Assembly (NCBI GenBank): GCA_002633005.1
Contig: NMRA01000119.1
Location: 1 to 64,000 of the forward strand
Reading direction: 5' to 3'
Origin: Phoronis australis
Taxonomy: Eukaryota; Animalia; Phoronida
DNA: 64,000 bases
This document shows positions 26,001 to 38,000 of the stretch, in pieces. The position numbers and the translations under genes are program-made. The notes beneath the pieces were generated by a model that saw nothing but the letters and a program-made list of their open reading frames with translations, made no database searches and was not told the origin of the DNA. Each line of letters begins with the position of its first letter. Position 1 is the first letter of the stretch.

Positions 26001-29000
26001 NNNNNNNNNNNNNNNNNNNNNNNNNNNNNNNNNNNNNNNNNNNNNNNNNNNNNNNNNNNNNNNNNNNNNNNNNNNNNNNNNNNNNNNNNNNNNNNNNNNN
26101 NNNNNNNNNNNNNNNNNNNNNNNNNNNNNNNNNNNNNNNNNNNNNNNNNNNTGCGTTAGCATGCTCTTAGTGTTGTTGTACCTGCCATCAGTTTTCCGTA
26201 TATAATCTGATATAATAAGACAACGTCGTCAAGAAAATTTAGGTGTTCTTAACGTTCACAGGATTATCTTCTACTCAAAGCGTATGGAGCTGCAACAAAA
26301 GATGACCTGTGGGCTTCGCTGACAAAGGTAGGATTATTATTGGCAAAGTCAAATAATTGCGTATCATTAAAGTTGATTTATCCGCATGTTGACGTGCAGC
26401 CATTCACTCAGTTACACGACTTAGCACTGAAGGCCTGCACGGTTTCAGTGTTGATCAAGTTGGGCGAATATAAAAATCAAGAACGCCCTGGTAGCTTTGT
26501 ATGTCGCCTATAAACTGCGTTTCGAGTTCTCCGTTGACGACGTTGTCGCTATCCAGGGTGTCCAGTGTCTCGGAAGCAGGTATGCTGATGAGAACGTATT
26601 CATGTCCCAATTTATACACGGATTTGTGTCCTGTAAAGGGAATTTTCGGCATTACGAGTGATTTTCTTAGTATGAAACCAGGGCGCCGTTGGCAAATATT
26701 CACATAATGTGATACAAGGGCCTCAAGTGCAGATGTAATATATTTTACTTATAGGCGGATCTAGGAGCTGGGAATCTTGATGTCACAAAGGTTATGGACA
26801 CATGGACATTACAAATGGGTTACCCCGTGGTCAAGGTGAAAGTATCTGGCAATACCCTGGAAATTGAACAAAAGCATTTCTTGTTGGACCCCAATCAGAA
26901 GCCAGACGACGAAAGATTTCCTGATCCCGAATTTGGGTGAGTGGACGGGTGCTTGCACAGTATGGTCAGTATTGCTGTATGAACGAAACACGAAAAACGC
27001 TTTCAAAGGATTTGATGTACAAAGGTAGTGCTTGGACCTCGCGTTAGGCATTCAATCAATTTTAGCTTTCCGCTATTTTCTCCTTACATGGAAGCGTACT
27101 GCTGTTGTCCCACACGCCGTTATGTCGTAAAAACTCGAAGGTTTTATACAAAAACAGACTGATCACGAGGATGGTATCAGGATATATGGACGGAGGAAAG
27201 CAATGATGCTCCTTTCCTCCAATTTAGCTTTGATGTGCTGGCATCGATCGTCTGCTCGTGGAAATTAAATACTGTATACGGGCTGCGTCTTCTCGAGGTG
27301 ACTAATGAATATGAAACAATATCTAAAAGAAACCGAATTACGAATATATTCAAATCGATAGTTGTAAAAACTAAGTAGTAGACGGCAATGCAGGCAGGAC
27401 AAAGTGGTAATTATCTTATGAGCAATACTTCGAGTTAAAGTCATATTGAACGCTGTTTCAGCTGGTCAAAATGCTCAACTTCATAGAAAGATAAATAGAA
27501 AATGAAAATGTTTACACCGCGTAACAAACAACCCTCTAGTCCGACAACAGGATATCTAACCATTTGAAACATGGAGTGTCAACTTGCCTTCTTTCAAGAC
27601 TCTATTTTTGTGACTGTCTCAAAATTAAATCATTGCGAAGATTGATGTTCCGGCGGCTGGTTCCTGCGTGCTTAGCCCAGCCAGCTGGCTCGGCTACCGC
27701 CCTACCTAGCGGCACGCAGGGAACCAACGAGAGATTGATGTCCCAAAATAATAGTCATATTACCTAAGTAGCGCTCAATTAACCTTTAGCTTACACAGTT
27801 GATGCAGTCTTTAACCATCATTAGTGACGTAGAAAGAAGAGATCTGCTAAGTATGTAATAACAATCCTTATAGGTACCAGTGGGACATTCCCTTTACGTA
27901 CGCTACAAACTCTGCTCAATGCAAGTCTTCGACAATCGAATGGATGGGTCACAAAGAAAAAACTAGTAAGTTTTACTTGGTTGCTTATTGTTTTCATGCT
28001 TATGTTTTATCACCATGCCACGATCGTCTTGTTTCTGTTGTATATTATGATGGCGATAACGATGATGATGGTGATGGCGATGGTAGTTCATTTGCGGTGC
28101 AGCACTGAAAAAAGTAGGGCTATAGCCCCCAGTCCCCATGTGGTGCACCGCACAAAGACCATGGGCGCTAGAGTACTGAAAAAAGTTGGAGCCTCCCAGC
28201 CCCCTATGGTGCGCCGCCCATGTAGTTGTAATGAAAATGGTAACAGGAGTGATAATGAGTTGATCCTATTGTTTGTGGTAGTTTGCTACTCATCTTAACT
28301 CAACTAACACTACTGTGGACATAGATATGATTTCGCTTTTTTCAAAAATTGTATTATGTGACTTCACTGAAGATGAATATCAACTGCTGCCTGATCCAAA
28401 TCACTCAGCGTTAACCTGAAAGTGTGGTATCACTGGGATGGACAAAATATTACGAAATCAAAACGCTTTTTCGGTCCGACGTCATACCAACGAGTAAAAG
28501 ACTAACAAACCCGTTCTGTAAAAACCATATTTTGATTTAGGACTACCACTGGTGAGACCGGTCTCATCTTAGCAACATTAAAAATGTTTGCTGTGTTTGA
28601 GAAGAACTGGCCGGGCTCTTTATTGTTTCAGACCCGGCCCATTGTGTTGCTTACGACAGTTCCAAGGCTGAATATGGCGTTTATTGGAATTCCTGGCGAA
28701 TTCTTTAACGAAATTCAAGTCAAATAAAGATAAGAACACAATGGCGCTGCTTTTGAAGAGCAAAAACATCTACAAAGAATAATTCAGATTAACAACAGCT
28801 ATCCCTGTCTTCATTTTAGAAAGAATAACGGTGCCGGGGACTATAGGTCCAGATGACTGGGTAATCGCAAATGTTGGTCAGTATGGCTATTACAGAGTGA
28901 ACTACCAAGAGTCAAACTGGGAAAAGTTGATAAAGCAACTAAATCGCGATCACCAGGTTAGTGCACGTTACTGAAAGGTGAACACAGTTCATGCCAATGT

Positions 29001-32000
29001 TTTTCAACAAACGAACAAATGACAGTGACCATGTTGTTAAACTAGTTGATGAGTATCTGCGCGGTAAATCCACGTTGTTTAACTCATCAGTGTCCTCAAA
29101 GTAAGTTTATTTTGTTTATTCATTGAATAATATCCGCATTGTAAGTTCATCTTGTTTAACACATTGAACTGTGCCCCTACTGTACGTCCATGTTGTCAAA
29201 CGAAATAATTAATGGCCACTCAGCAAGTTCATGTTGTACTGTCCACGCTCTCAAACTATCTGAAACCACATCTGTAAACCAATGTACAGTTCCGACAGGT
29301 CAATCAAGCAATTCATTCCAACAAATCAGGGCGCAGAAAAATTTACTTTTAGTATACACTGCCATCGCCCTATAGTCTTGGCACGCAAACGTTAACGAAA
29401 GCCCATAAATCATTTTTCTTCTAGCTTAGAACCTTAACGGAGCGAATCAATGATTAACAGACAATAAGCAAGGAACGTTTCTTGCAAGACAAAAAGCGTG
29501 TGGACTTCATAATCACCTGAAAATATGACCGTGAACATGCATCGAGATAAAGAATCTGGACTGAAAGTTTCTATAAATCTCTCTCTCTCTAATGAACGTG
29601 TAGTAACTTTTTTTCTTCTCTGGTATCTGGTCCAATGTTCATATGTTTATAGCTTTAATCTAACTCGTCATTGTGCGAAATCAAGATAAAAGTGTACGTT
29701 ATACTATGGTGGGGTACTAGTTTGCACTTGATGACCCCTCAGCATTAAGGCTGAATTTCGAGTCAGAACTGGAGGGACTGGCTATCAAATAAATGAGATA
29801 TGTATAAGATGAGTTCACGTGGAACTTGTCGAAACGTACCACTCCAGAAGACTCTCGTATTCCGACTCCAATGAGTACCAGATCAATAGCAGCAATCATC
29901 TTGACCACATTGTTATGCCAACGGTAGAGCAGACTGACTCGTCCATTTTCAGAAAATCTGCGAAGTCAACAGAGCACAGATAATCGACGATGCTTTCAGC
30001 TTAGCTCGGTAAGTGCTAATGGTGGAGTATGGCCTATGGTCATTTTTTGAGCCGCGATATGAATTTTCTGTGTGACGGGCATACAGTTTCGTCTTCTAAA
30101 CTATGTTCAACGTCTTGGGACGGTTCTGCATACTAACCGTCCTTGTCTCGTAACGTCTAACGCACCAAAGTCGCGCCAATATGCCTATCTTTTGCCGATG
30201 ATGGCTTTTTAAAGACCCTTACAACTCGTACTTTGGTAATGAGAACTACATCCGATTCGATCTATCATTCACCAGCCATAGCTTCATTCCAGGAATTATT
30301 AAGTGGGTGTAATCACATAAACTCCGTCTCGGTCGTTGTCGTGTTTTGAGGTCTGAAAACCAACACCTCAGTGATAAATCAATAAGTGTTCTTAAAAACA
30401 TCAATTGCTTTCATGATAACTTCGTAGACCTGTGAAGCGCTCGCTCAGTTAGGTTTCAAGTTACGGTTCTTCAGTGATTTAAATATTTTAGAAAGTTAAC
30501 TGTATTGCGTGTTTGAATCTGTTGTAGATCTGGTGACGTGGGCGACCTTCTTCTACCTATGAAAACAACAGAATATTTGGTCCATGAAACCGATTACATA
30601 CCTTGGAAGGCTGCTTTGAATAACCTTAAATATGTTCAATCGATGTTGATGCGATCTCAATATTTCGGCGATTATCAGGTTAATATTATTATTAATATTA
30701 TGAAAGTGACGTAAGAATTAAGACTTAAATTTTGTCTTACGATCCACATAAATATTTCTGAAAAATAAGTACGTATCCCCTCCAAGAGATGCGCAGCACT
30801 GAAAAAGTGGAGTGTTTTAGCCCCCCAGTCCCCTGTGATGCACCGCCAATAGACCAAGAGCGACGACGCACTGAAAACGTAGGGTGCTGTAGCCTCCCTG
30901 CCCGGTATTGCGCCGCCCACGAAGTCTCTTGGAGTATACGCGTAATTGCTGAATACGGAGATGTCTATAAAATATTTCTAGACTTTGATGCATACATAAT
31001 TACTTGGTTAGGCATAAGCCTGTTTCAGCATTGCAGTTTGAAGTGTGAAGTGTGAGCTGGCTTAGGTTGTTGGCCTATTTATTTTCAATTTTTTTGTTAA
31101 TAGTATCATAGAAGTCAACCGTTTTCGAATCAAAATACATCATTTTTGCAATAATTTCGACCTAAGGTGCTGCAGTATACTGTTAGATTTCCTTTTGATA
31201 AAGTACTACAGAAAATTTCAACGTTGATATACATAACTTTATACTACTCGTGATATTACGGCGATTTCCGTAAGAATCGGTGGCGAAAAAGTTGTGTGTG
31301 GCTATCGGGCTTGTATCGTTCATAGAATTCCATGAATGTGTAAACGCATAAGCTTATGAAATTAAGCTATGTAATTTCAGTAGGCGCTCTAGCTGAAGTC
31401 CAAGAACGTAACTCGTGCTCTTTCGGGGCAGTGTTCGTTGGCCTACCTAGCGCCAGTGCGAGAGCAATAGAGAGTGTTGTGCCTGAGTCAGTGTGTGTCT
31501 GAGTGTGTATCTAATTACGACTACAACATGTTTAATTCTGAGATTGCGTTTTCATGTCAGGCCACGATGTGTTTTACAGCAAATGTAGTTAGCTGCATGA
31601 CATTTTTCAGGATTACATACTCAAGCAAATAACACCGTTGTATGATAAGGTTACTTGGAATGACAATACCTCGACACCGATCACGGAACAGTAAGTATGT
31701 TCCCGTTAAGCATTGTGCATACGATTTGGTCTGTTCCTCACCATTTAGAACCATGGTTAAGTTGAATACCGTCACCGGTGTACCGACTAACACCAGCTCA
31801 GTATATGTGGAGAGTGCGATTATAAATGTGGCGCAACTGACAAACGGACATCAAGATGTCATGAAAAATAAGAGAGTACTATAATGACGAGGGGAACAGC
31901 CTGTGCTCTTATAGAGTTCCAGCCTTCGTTCCTAAGTTGCTCGATGTCATTTTTGTGATTAATCAAGAACCAGTACAGATTGAAGCGGTCTAAACTCGCA

Positions 32001-35000
32001 TGGGTGGCGCAGCTCTGAAAAAAGGGGGCTATAGCACCACCCGCCCCCCAGCTCCCTATGGTGCGCCGCCCATGTGCAATCGTACTAGTCTAGGGGGAAT
32101 TCTTACCCGTTGACCTGGGACTCGCGTAGGAAATTTCTCTCCACTGGTTCTTTGCCAACATAAGTCATTCCAACCGTGTTGCTATTTTCGAGTCTACAGT
32201 GCAGGGGACTGAGACCAGGTGGCAATACGTGACGAAAACGCAATTTTCCGTGTTCTTCTACCTTTTTAGATTATAAGATTTGCGATTAAGATAAATGACA
32301 AGAATTATAACGACAATCGAGTTTTCTACGTTTTTTTAAGATTTTTAACTTCTCGCTATAGGTACCGAAGAATTTTCGCCTTAACTCAAGCTTGCAGTAA
32401 TGGACATGTTTCTTGTCAACAAGAAGCTTCGCGAATGTATGCAAAATGGATGAATTCTACAGACCCTGACCTAAACAATCCGTAAGTTGATTTGTTTATG
32501 AATTTGCTATTATTAATCGTTGTTTTGTATTTTTATACAACGAGATTTTTGCACACTTTTCCTAAAAAATATATGAAATAAATGGCATGCGATTCTTCTT
32601 ATAGGCTTTGTACAGCGGAGCATTGGAGTCAACTGAAAAATAAAAAATCGTACACTGATACTGTTATTTTTACAGTTTACCCTAATGTAGGTTTGCTAAT
32701 TGATTAACATAAACACTCGGTAGACCAGTTGAAACGAAATAAGCAAAACTCAGGAACAGGTGTGCTGAAAATACGAACGGTGACAAACACTATTGAAAGT
32801 CATGTAAGGACCTTATTGAGGAACGTTAATTCAACTAAAACAAAAACTAGGCTGTGTCAACCAGTAAAAACATATTTTCTGAAAAAAGAAAGACCACCGA
32901 TGATAAAAATACACTTTATACTTACAGCAGTAAGTAGGTCAATAGTTCAGTGTGATACACACCACGCGCTGGGGAGACTGATTTCAAACTAGGAACCAAT
33001 ATTGCGGGACCCCAGAAAATGTCCAAAATTGACTGACTTCGGATAATTCTCAGAAACGGGTGATCGGATTCACACGAAACTGTTAGATGGTCAAATTCAT
33101 GCACTCGGTCTCCAACACGCTGCTGGGTATTGTTTTGGAAATGAGAGTGACTGTCAATCTATGGTACTTTTCTGATTTTTATGAAAAAAATGACAATAGT
33201 TGTTTAAGGTGAAAACGGAACTAGGAACTATAATTTAGAGAATTGTAAAAACATTGCATCTTCAACAATTCATATCGAACGAAATTTGGTCATGTTATTG
33301 ATACAGTTGTTGTGCTGTGAGTGTCCCTTTGCTTTTTTGCTAAATTTTACAGAAAAGACATGATCACGTGACCCAATTAACGGCACTTTGGTATAAAGTT
33401 ATTGATCAAAGTCTATAGGCTTTCTGCGTTCAGAAAATATATGCTTTTACTTACTGAGTTAAAATCTATAATGCTGCTGATATTTGGCTAAATACAGACT
33501 TGTCTATAAGCTCGATCCTACATAGCTAAAATGCTCTGCCAATTACCGAGTGGGAGCTCTGCTAGCGTATCGTTTGGCTGTGACCGAGGGGGTACCAGGG
33601 GCGATTCCGTGCTCAGCCTGATCTAAGGAAATCGCTTCTCTTGCCGACGATGTCAAGAAACTGTCTGATCGGCATGAAATTACGTAACGCTTGGCATTGC
33701 GGAATATATCGCTGAAAGAATAGTTATATGATTGCGTCGTCGCAACGAGATTATGCTTGTTTCACATCTTTCCAGAAGCCAGGCCGAATGCCTTAAATCA
33801 AAGGATGCTCCATGGTGAGCTACTATTATAGTTGTTACTTTGTGGAATAAACATAAAACGTTTGAATTTTACGTGATATGGTTGGTAAGTCTTTGAGTCG
33901 TCAGGTGGACCTTTGTATCTCGTACCACACGTCGGTTAGTTAAACTGATTCTACTCTTAAGGCTCCAGAACTGGTCATTTCTTTTGTCCTCTCAAGTTGA
34001 TCAATTCGCTAATGCTTAGCTATATTACTGTTATTCGTTTGCAGTATTCCACCGAACCTGAAGTCTTTGGTTTACTGTAACGCTATATCTAGAGGCGGTA
34101 GAGCAGAATGGGAGTTTGCCTTTGAGAGGTATCAGAAGGCAAACGTTGCAAGTGAGAAGTCAAAGCTGCTTGAGGCCATGTCTTGCTCTACAAAAGTTTG
34201 GATTCTCAGTCGGTAAGACATAATTTGGTCAAGGAAATGTACTTTGAANTGTTAGTTTTCCTTTTGATAAAATACTACAGAAAATTTCAACGTTGATATA
34301 TATAACTTTATACTTCTCGTGATATTACGGCGATTTCCGTAAGAATTGGTGGCGAAAAAGTTGTTTGCGGAGTATAGGCTAGCGGGCTTGTATCGTTCAT
34401 AGAATTCCATGAATATGTTAACACATAAACTTATGAAATTAAGCCATGTAATTTCAATAGGCGCTCTATCTGATGTCCAAGAACGTAACTCGCACTCTTT
34501 CGGATCAGTGTTCGTTGGCCTACCTAGCGCCAGTGCGAGAGCAAGAGAGAGAGTGTGGTGCCTGAGTCAGTGTGTGTCTGTGTGTGTATTTAATTACGAC
34601 TACAACCTGTTAAATTCTAAGATTGCGTTTTCATGTCAGACCACGATGTGTTTTACAGCAAATGTAGTTAGCTGCATGACATTTTTCAGGATTACATGCT
34701 TAAGCAAATAACACCGTTGTATGATAAGGTTACTTGGAATGACAATACCTCGACACCGATCACTGAACAGTAAGTATGTTCCCGATAAGCATTGTGCATA
34801 CGATTTGGTCTGTTCCTCACCATTTAGAACCATGGTTAAGTTGAATACCGTCACCGGTGTACCGACTAACACCAGCTCAGTATATGCGGAGAGTGTGATT
34901 ATAAATGTGGGGCAACTGACAAGCGGACATCAAGATGTCATGAAAAATAAGAGAGTACTATAATGACGAGGGGAACAGCTTGTGCTCTTATAGAGTTCCA

Positions 35001-38000
35001 GCCTTCGTTCCTAAGTTGCTCGATGTCATTTTTGTGATTAATCAAGAACCAGAACAGATTGAAGCGGTCTAAACTCGCATGGGTGGTGCAGCTCTGAAAA
35101 AAGGGGGGCTATAGTCCCACCCNCCCCCCCCCAGCTCCCTATGGTGCGCCGCATATGTGCAGTCGTACTAGTCTAGGGGGAATTCTTACCCGTTGACCTG
35201 GGACTCGCGAAGGAAATTTCTCTCTACTGGTTCTTTGCCAATATAAGTCATTCCAACCGTGTTGCTATTTTCGAGTCTACAGTGCAGCGGACTGAGACCA
35301 GGTGGCAATACGTGACGAAAACGCAATTTTCCGTGTTCTTCTACCTTTTTAGATTATAAGATTTGCGATTAAGATAAATGACACGAATTATAACGACAAT
35401 CGTGTTTTCTATGTTTTTTTAAGATTTTTAACTTCTCGCTATAGGTACCGAAGAATTTTCGCCTTAACTCAAGCTTGCAGTAATGGACATGTTTCTTGTC
35501 AACAAGAAGCTTCGCGAATGTATGCAAAATGGATGAATTCTACAGACCCTGACCTAAACAACCCGTAAGCTGATTTGTTTATGAATTTGCTATTATTAAT
35601 CGTTGTTTTGTACTTTTATACAACGAGATTTTTGCACGCTTTTCCTAAAAAATATATGAAATAAATGGCATGCGATTCTTCTTATAGGCTTTGTACATTG
35701 GAGCATTGGAGTCAACTGAAAAATAAGAAAATCGTACACTGATACTGTTATTTTTACAGTTTACCCTAATGCTCCGCCGTAGGTTTGCTAACTGATTAAC
35801 ATAAACACTCGGTAGACCAGTTGAAACAAAATAAGCAAAACTCAGGAACAGGTGTGCTGAAAATACGAACGGAGACAAACACTATTGAAAGTCATGTAAG
35901 GACCTTATTGAGGAACGTTAATTCAACTAAAACAAAAACTCGGCTGTGTCAACCAGTAAAAACATATTTTCTGAAAAAAGAAAGACCACCGATGGTAAAA
36001 ATACACTTTATACTTACAGCAGTAAGTAGGTCAATAGTTCAGTGTGATACACACCACGCGCTGGGGAGACTGATTTTAAACTAGGAACCAATATTGCGGG
36101 ACCCCAGAAAATGTCCAAAATTGACTGACTTCGGATAATTCTCAGAAACAGGTGATCGGATTCACACGAAACTGTTAGATGGTCATCTTCATGCACTCGG
36201 TCTCCAACACGCTGCTGGGTATTGTTTTGGAAATGTTTCTATGGGACTTTTCTGATTTTTATGAAAAAAATGACAATAGTTGTTTAAGGTGAAAACGGAA
36301 CTAGGAACTATAATTTAGAGAATTGTAAAAACATTTTAACTTCAACAATTCATATCGAACGAAATTTTGTCATGTTATTGATACAGTTGTTGTGCTATGA
36401 GTGTCCCTTTGCTTTTTTGCTAAATTTTACAGAAAAGACATGATCACGTGACCCAATCAACGGCACTTTGGTATAAAGTTATTGATCAAAGTCTATAGGC
36501 TTTCTGCTTTCAGAAAATATATGCTTTTACTTACTGAGTTAAAATCTATGATGCTGCAGATATATGGCTAAATACAGACTTGTCTATCAGCTCCTACATA
36601 GCTAAAATGCTCTGCCAATTACCGAGTGGGAGCTCTGCTAGCGTATCGTTTGGCTGCGACCGAGGGGGTACCAGGGGCGATTCCGTGCTCAGCCTGATCT
36701 CAGGAAATCGCTTCTCTTGTCGACGATGTCAAGAAACTGTCTGATCGGCATGAAATGACGTAACGCTTGGCATTGCGGAATATATCGCTGAAAGAATAGT
36801 TATATGATTGCGTCGTCGCAACGAGATTATGCTTGTTTCACATCTTTCCAGAAGCCAGGCCGAATGCCTTAAATCAAAGGATGCTCCATGGTGAGCTACT
36901 ATTATAGTTGTTACTTTGTGGAATAAACATAAAACGTTTGAATTTTACGTGATATGGTTGGTAAGTCTTTGAGTCGTCAGGTGGACCTTTGTATCTCGTA
37001 CCACACGTCGGTTAGTTAAACTGATTCTACTCTTAAGGCTCCAGAACTGGTCATTTCTTTTGTCCTCTCAAGTTGATCAATTCGCTAATGCTTAGATAAA
37101 TTACTGTTATTCGTTTGCAGTATTCCACCGAACCTGAAGTCTTTGGTTTACTGTAACGCTATATCTAGAGGCGGTAGAGCAGAATGGGAGTTTGCCTTTG
37201 AGAGGTATCAGAAGGCAAACGTTGCAAGTGAGAAGTCAAAGCTGCTTGAGGCCATGTCTTGCTCTACAAAAGTTTGGATTCTCAGTCGGTAAGACATAAT
37301 TTGGTCAAGGAAATGTACTTTGAAAAAAATGTTTATTGGTAGTATTTTTATTGATGTTTGAAATTTGTGTCTAAATGACGACATAATAGATGCAATGCAC
37401 CGTTTTCCAAACAACGCGTGGGGTTCATGGTTTCCTTGTTATGCAAATGCAAAATATGTTCTTTGGTTGGCGGCCTAGGACTAAGTTAGAGTCTTTTTGA
37501 GCTCCTAGGGGAACGTCTTCGAGAGATATTCCTGGACTGCGCCTTTTTGCCATTAGAACATTAAAATATAAAAAGCCGCAAGTTTGTTGCAGCACTGCGC
37601 GACTAGGCACATCTTTTAAAATGCAGCACTTCAAAATATGCAAGATTCTAGTCAACTTACAGACAGTCGAGTAAAACATGACTTGGGATTTCTGTTTCGT
37701 ATGTTACCACTTTAATTGCGCTAAGTCTGTTGGTCACAGCTTTTTAAAAAGACACACTTTTTACCATCAGGTGCACCCAAAAGGCACGAAATCAAATCTG
37801 ATCAGGAATATCCCCGGTCTTCTATCAAAGGGCTAGGCACCAGATACGAACTAAGGAAATTTTAGTATGACTACCCTAAGATGCGCGGACAATTCGTTGA
37901 AGTAGTAAGTTTGCAGAGATAGAGAGAGAGGGAGAGGGAGAGGGAGAGAGAGAGAGCTAAAAGTGTCTACAAGTCTCCCAGTTATTCAAGGGCCAATTTT

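Larger units (their letters stand above)
25159..26646. repeat. ~495-bp duplicate on both sides of N gap 25654-26151 (unmerged contig overlap)
   Basis: 25159-25653 is nearly identical to 26152-26646. Confidence 0.9.
31181..37324. repeat. Tandem duplicate block: 31181-34248 versus 34250-37324 (probably two haplotypes)
   Basis: Colinear exons 16-18 and introns; junction is the single N at 34249. Confidence 0.9.

Noticed and set aside
5320-26205. Long ORFs in the track that contain X runs (5320-5994, 8731-9970, 25504-26205)
   Set aside because: They are artefacts of translating through N gaps; only the 9841-9958 part is a real exon.
25159-26646. Tandem exon 10 as a mutually exclusive exon pair
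   Set aside because: The exons are identical and the ~495-bp copies abut both edges of a gap of similar size, typical of an unmerged overlap.
27981-28298. Hydrophobic Met-rich 105-aa ORF
   Set aside because: Produced by a degenerate (GAT)n repeat plus the mini-element dimer inside an intron.
33545-33720. tRNA-like segments (also ~2236-2290 and ~10582-10640) as tRNA genes
   Set aside because: Only degenerate A/B boxes and no complete cloverleaf; more likely SINE heads.
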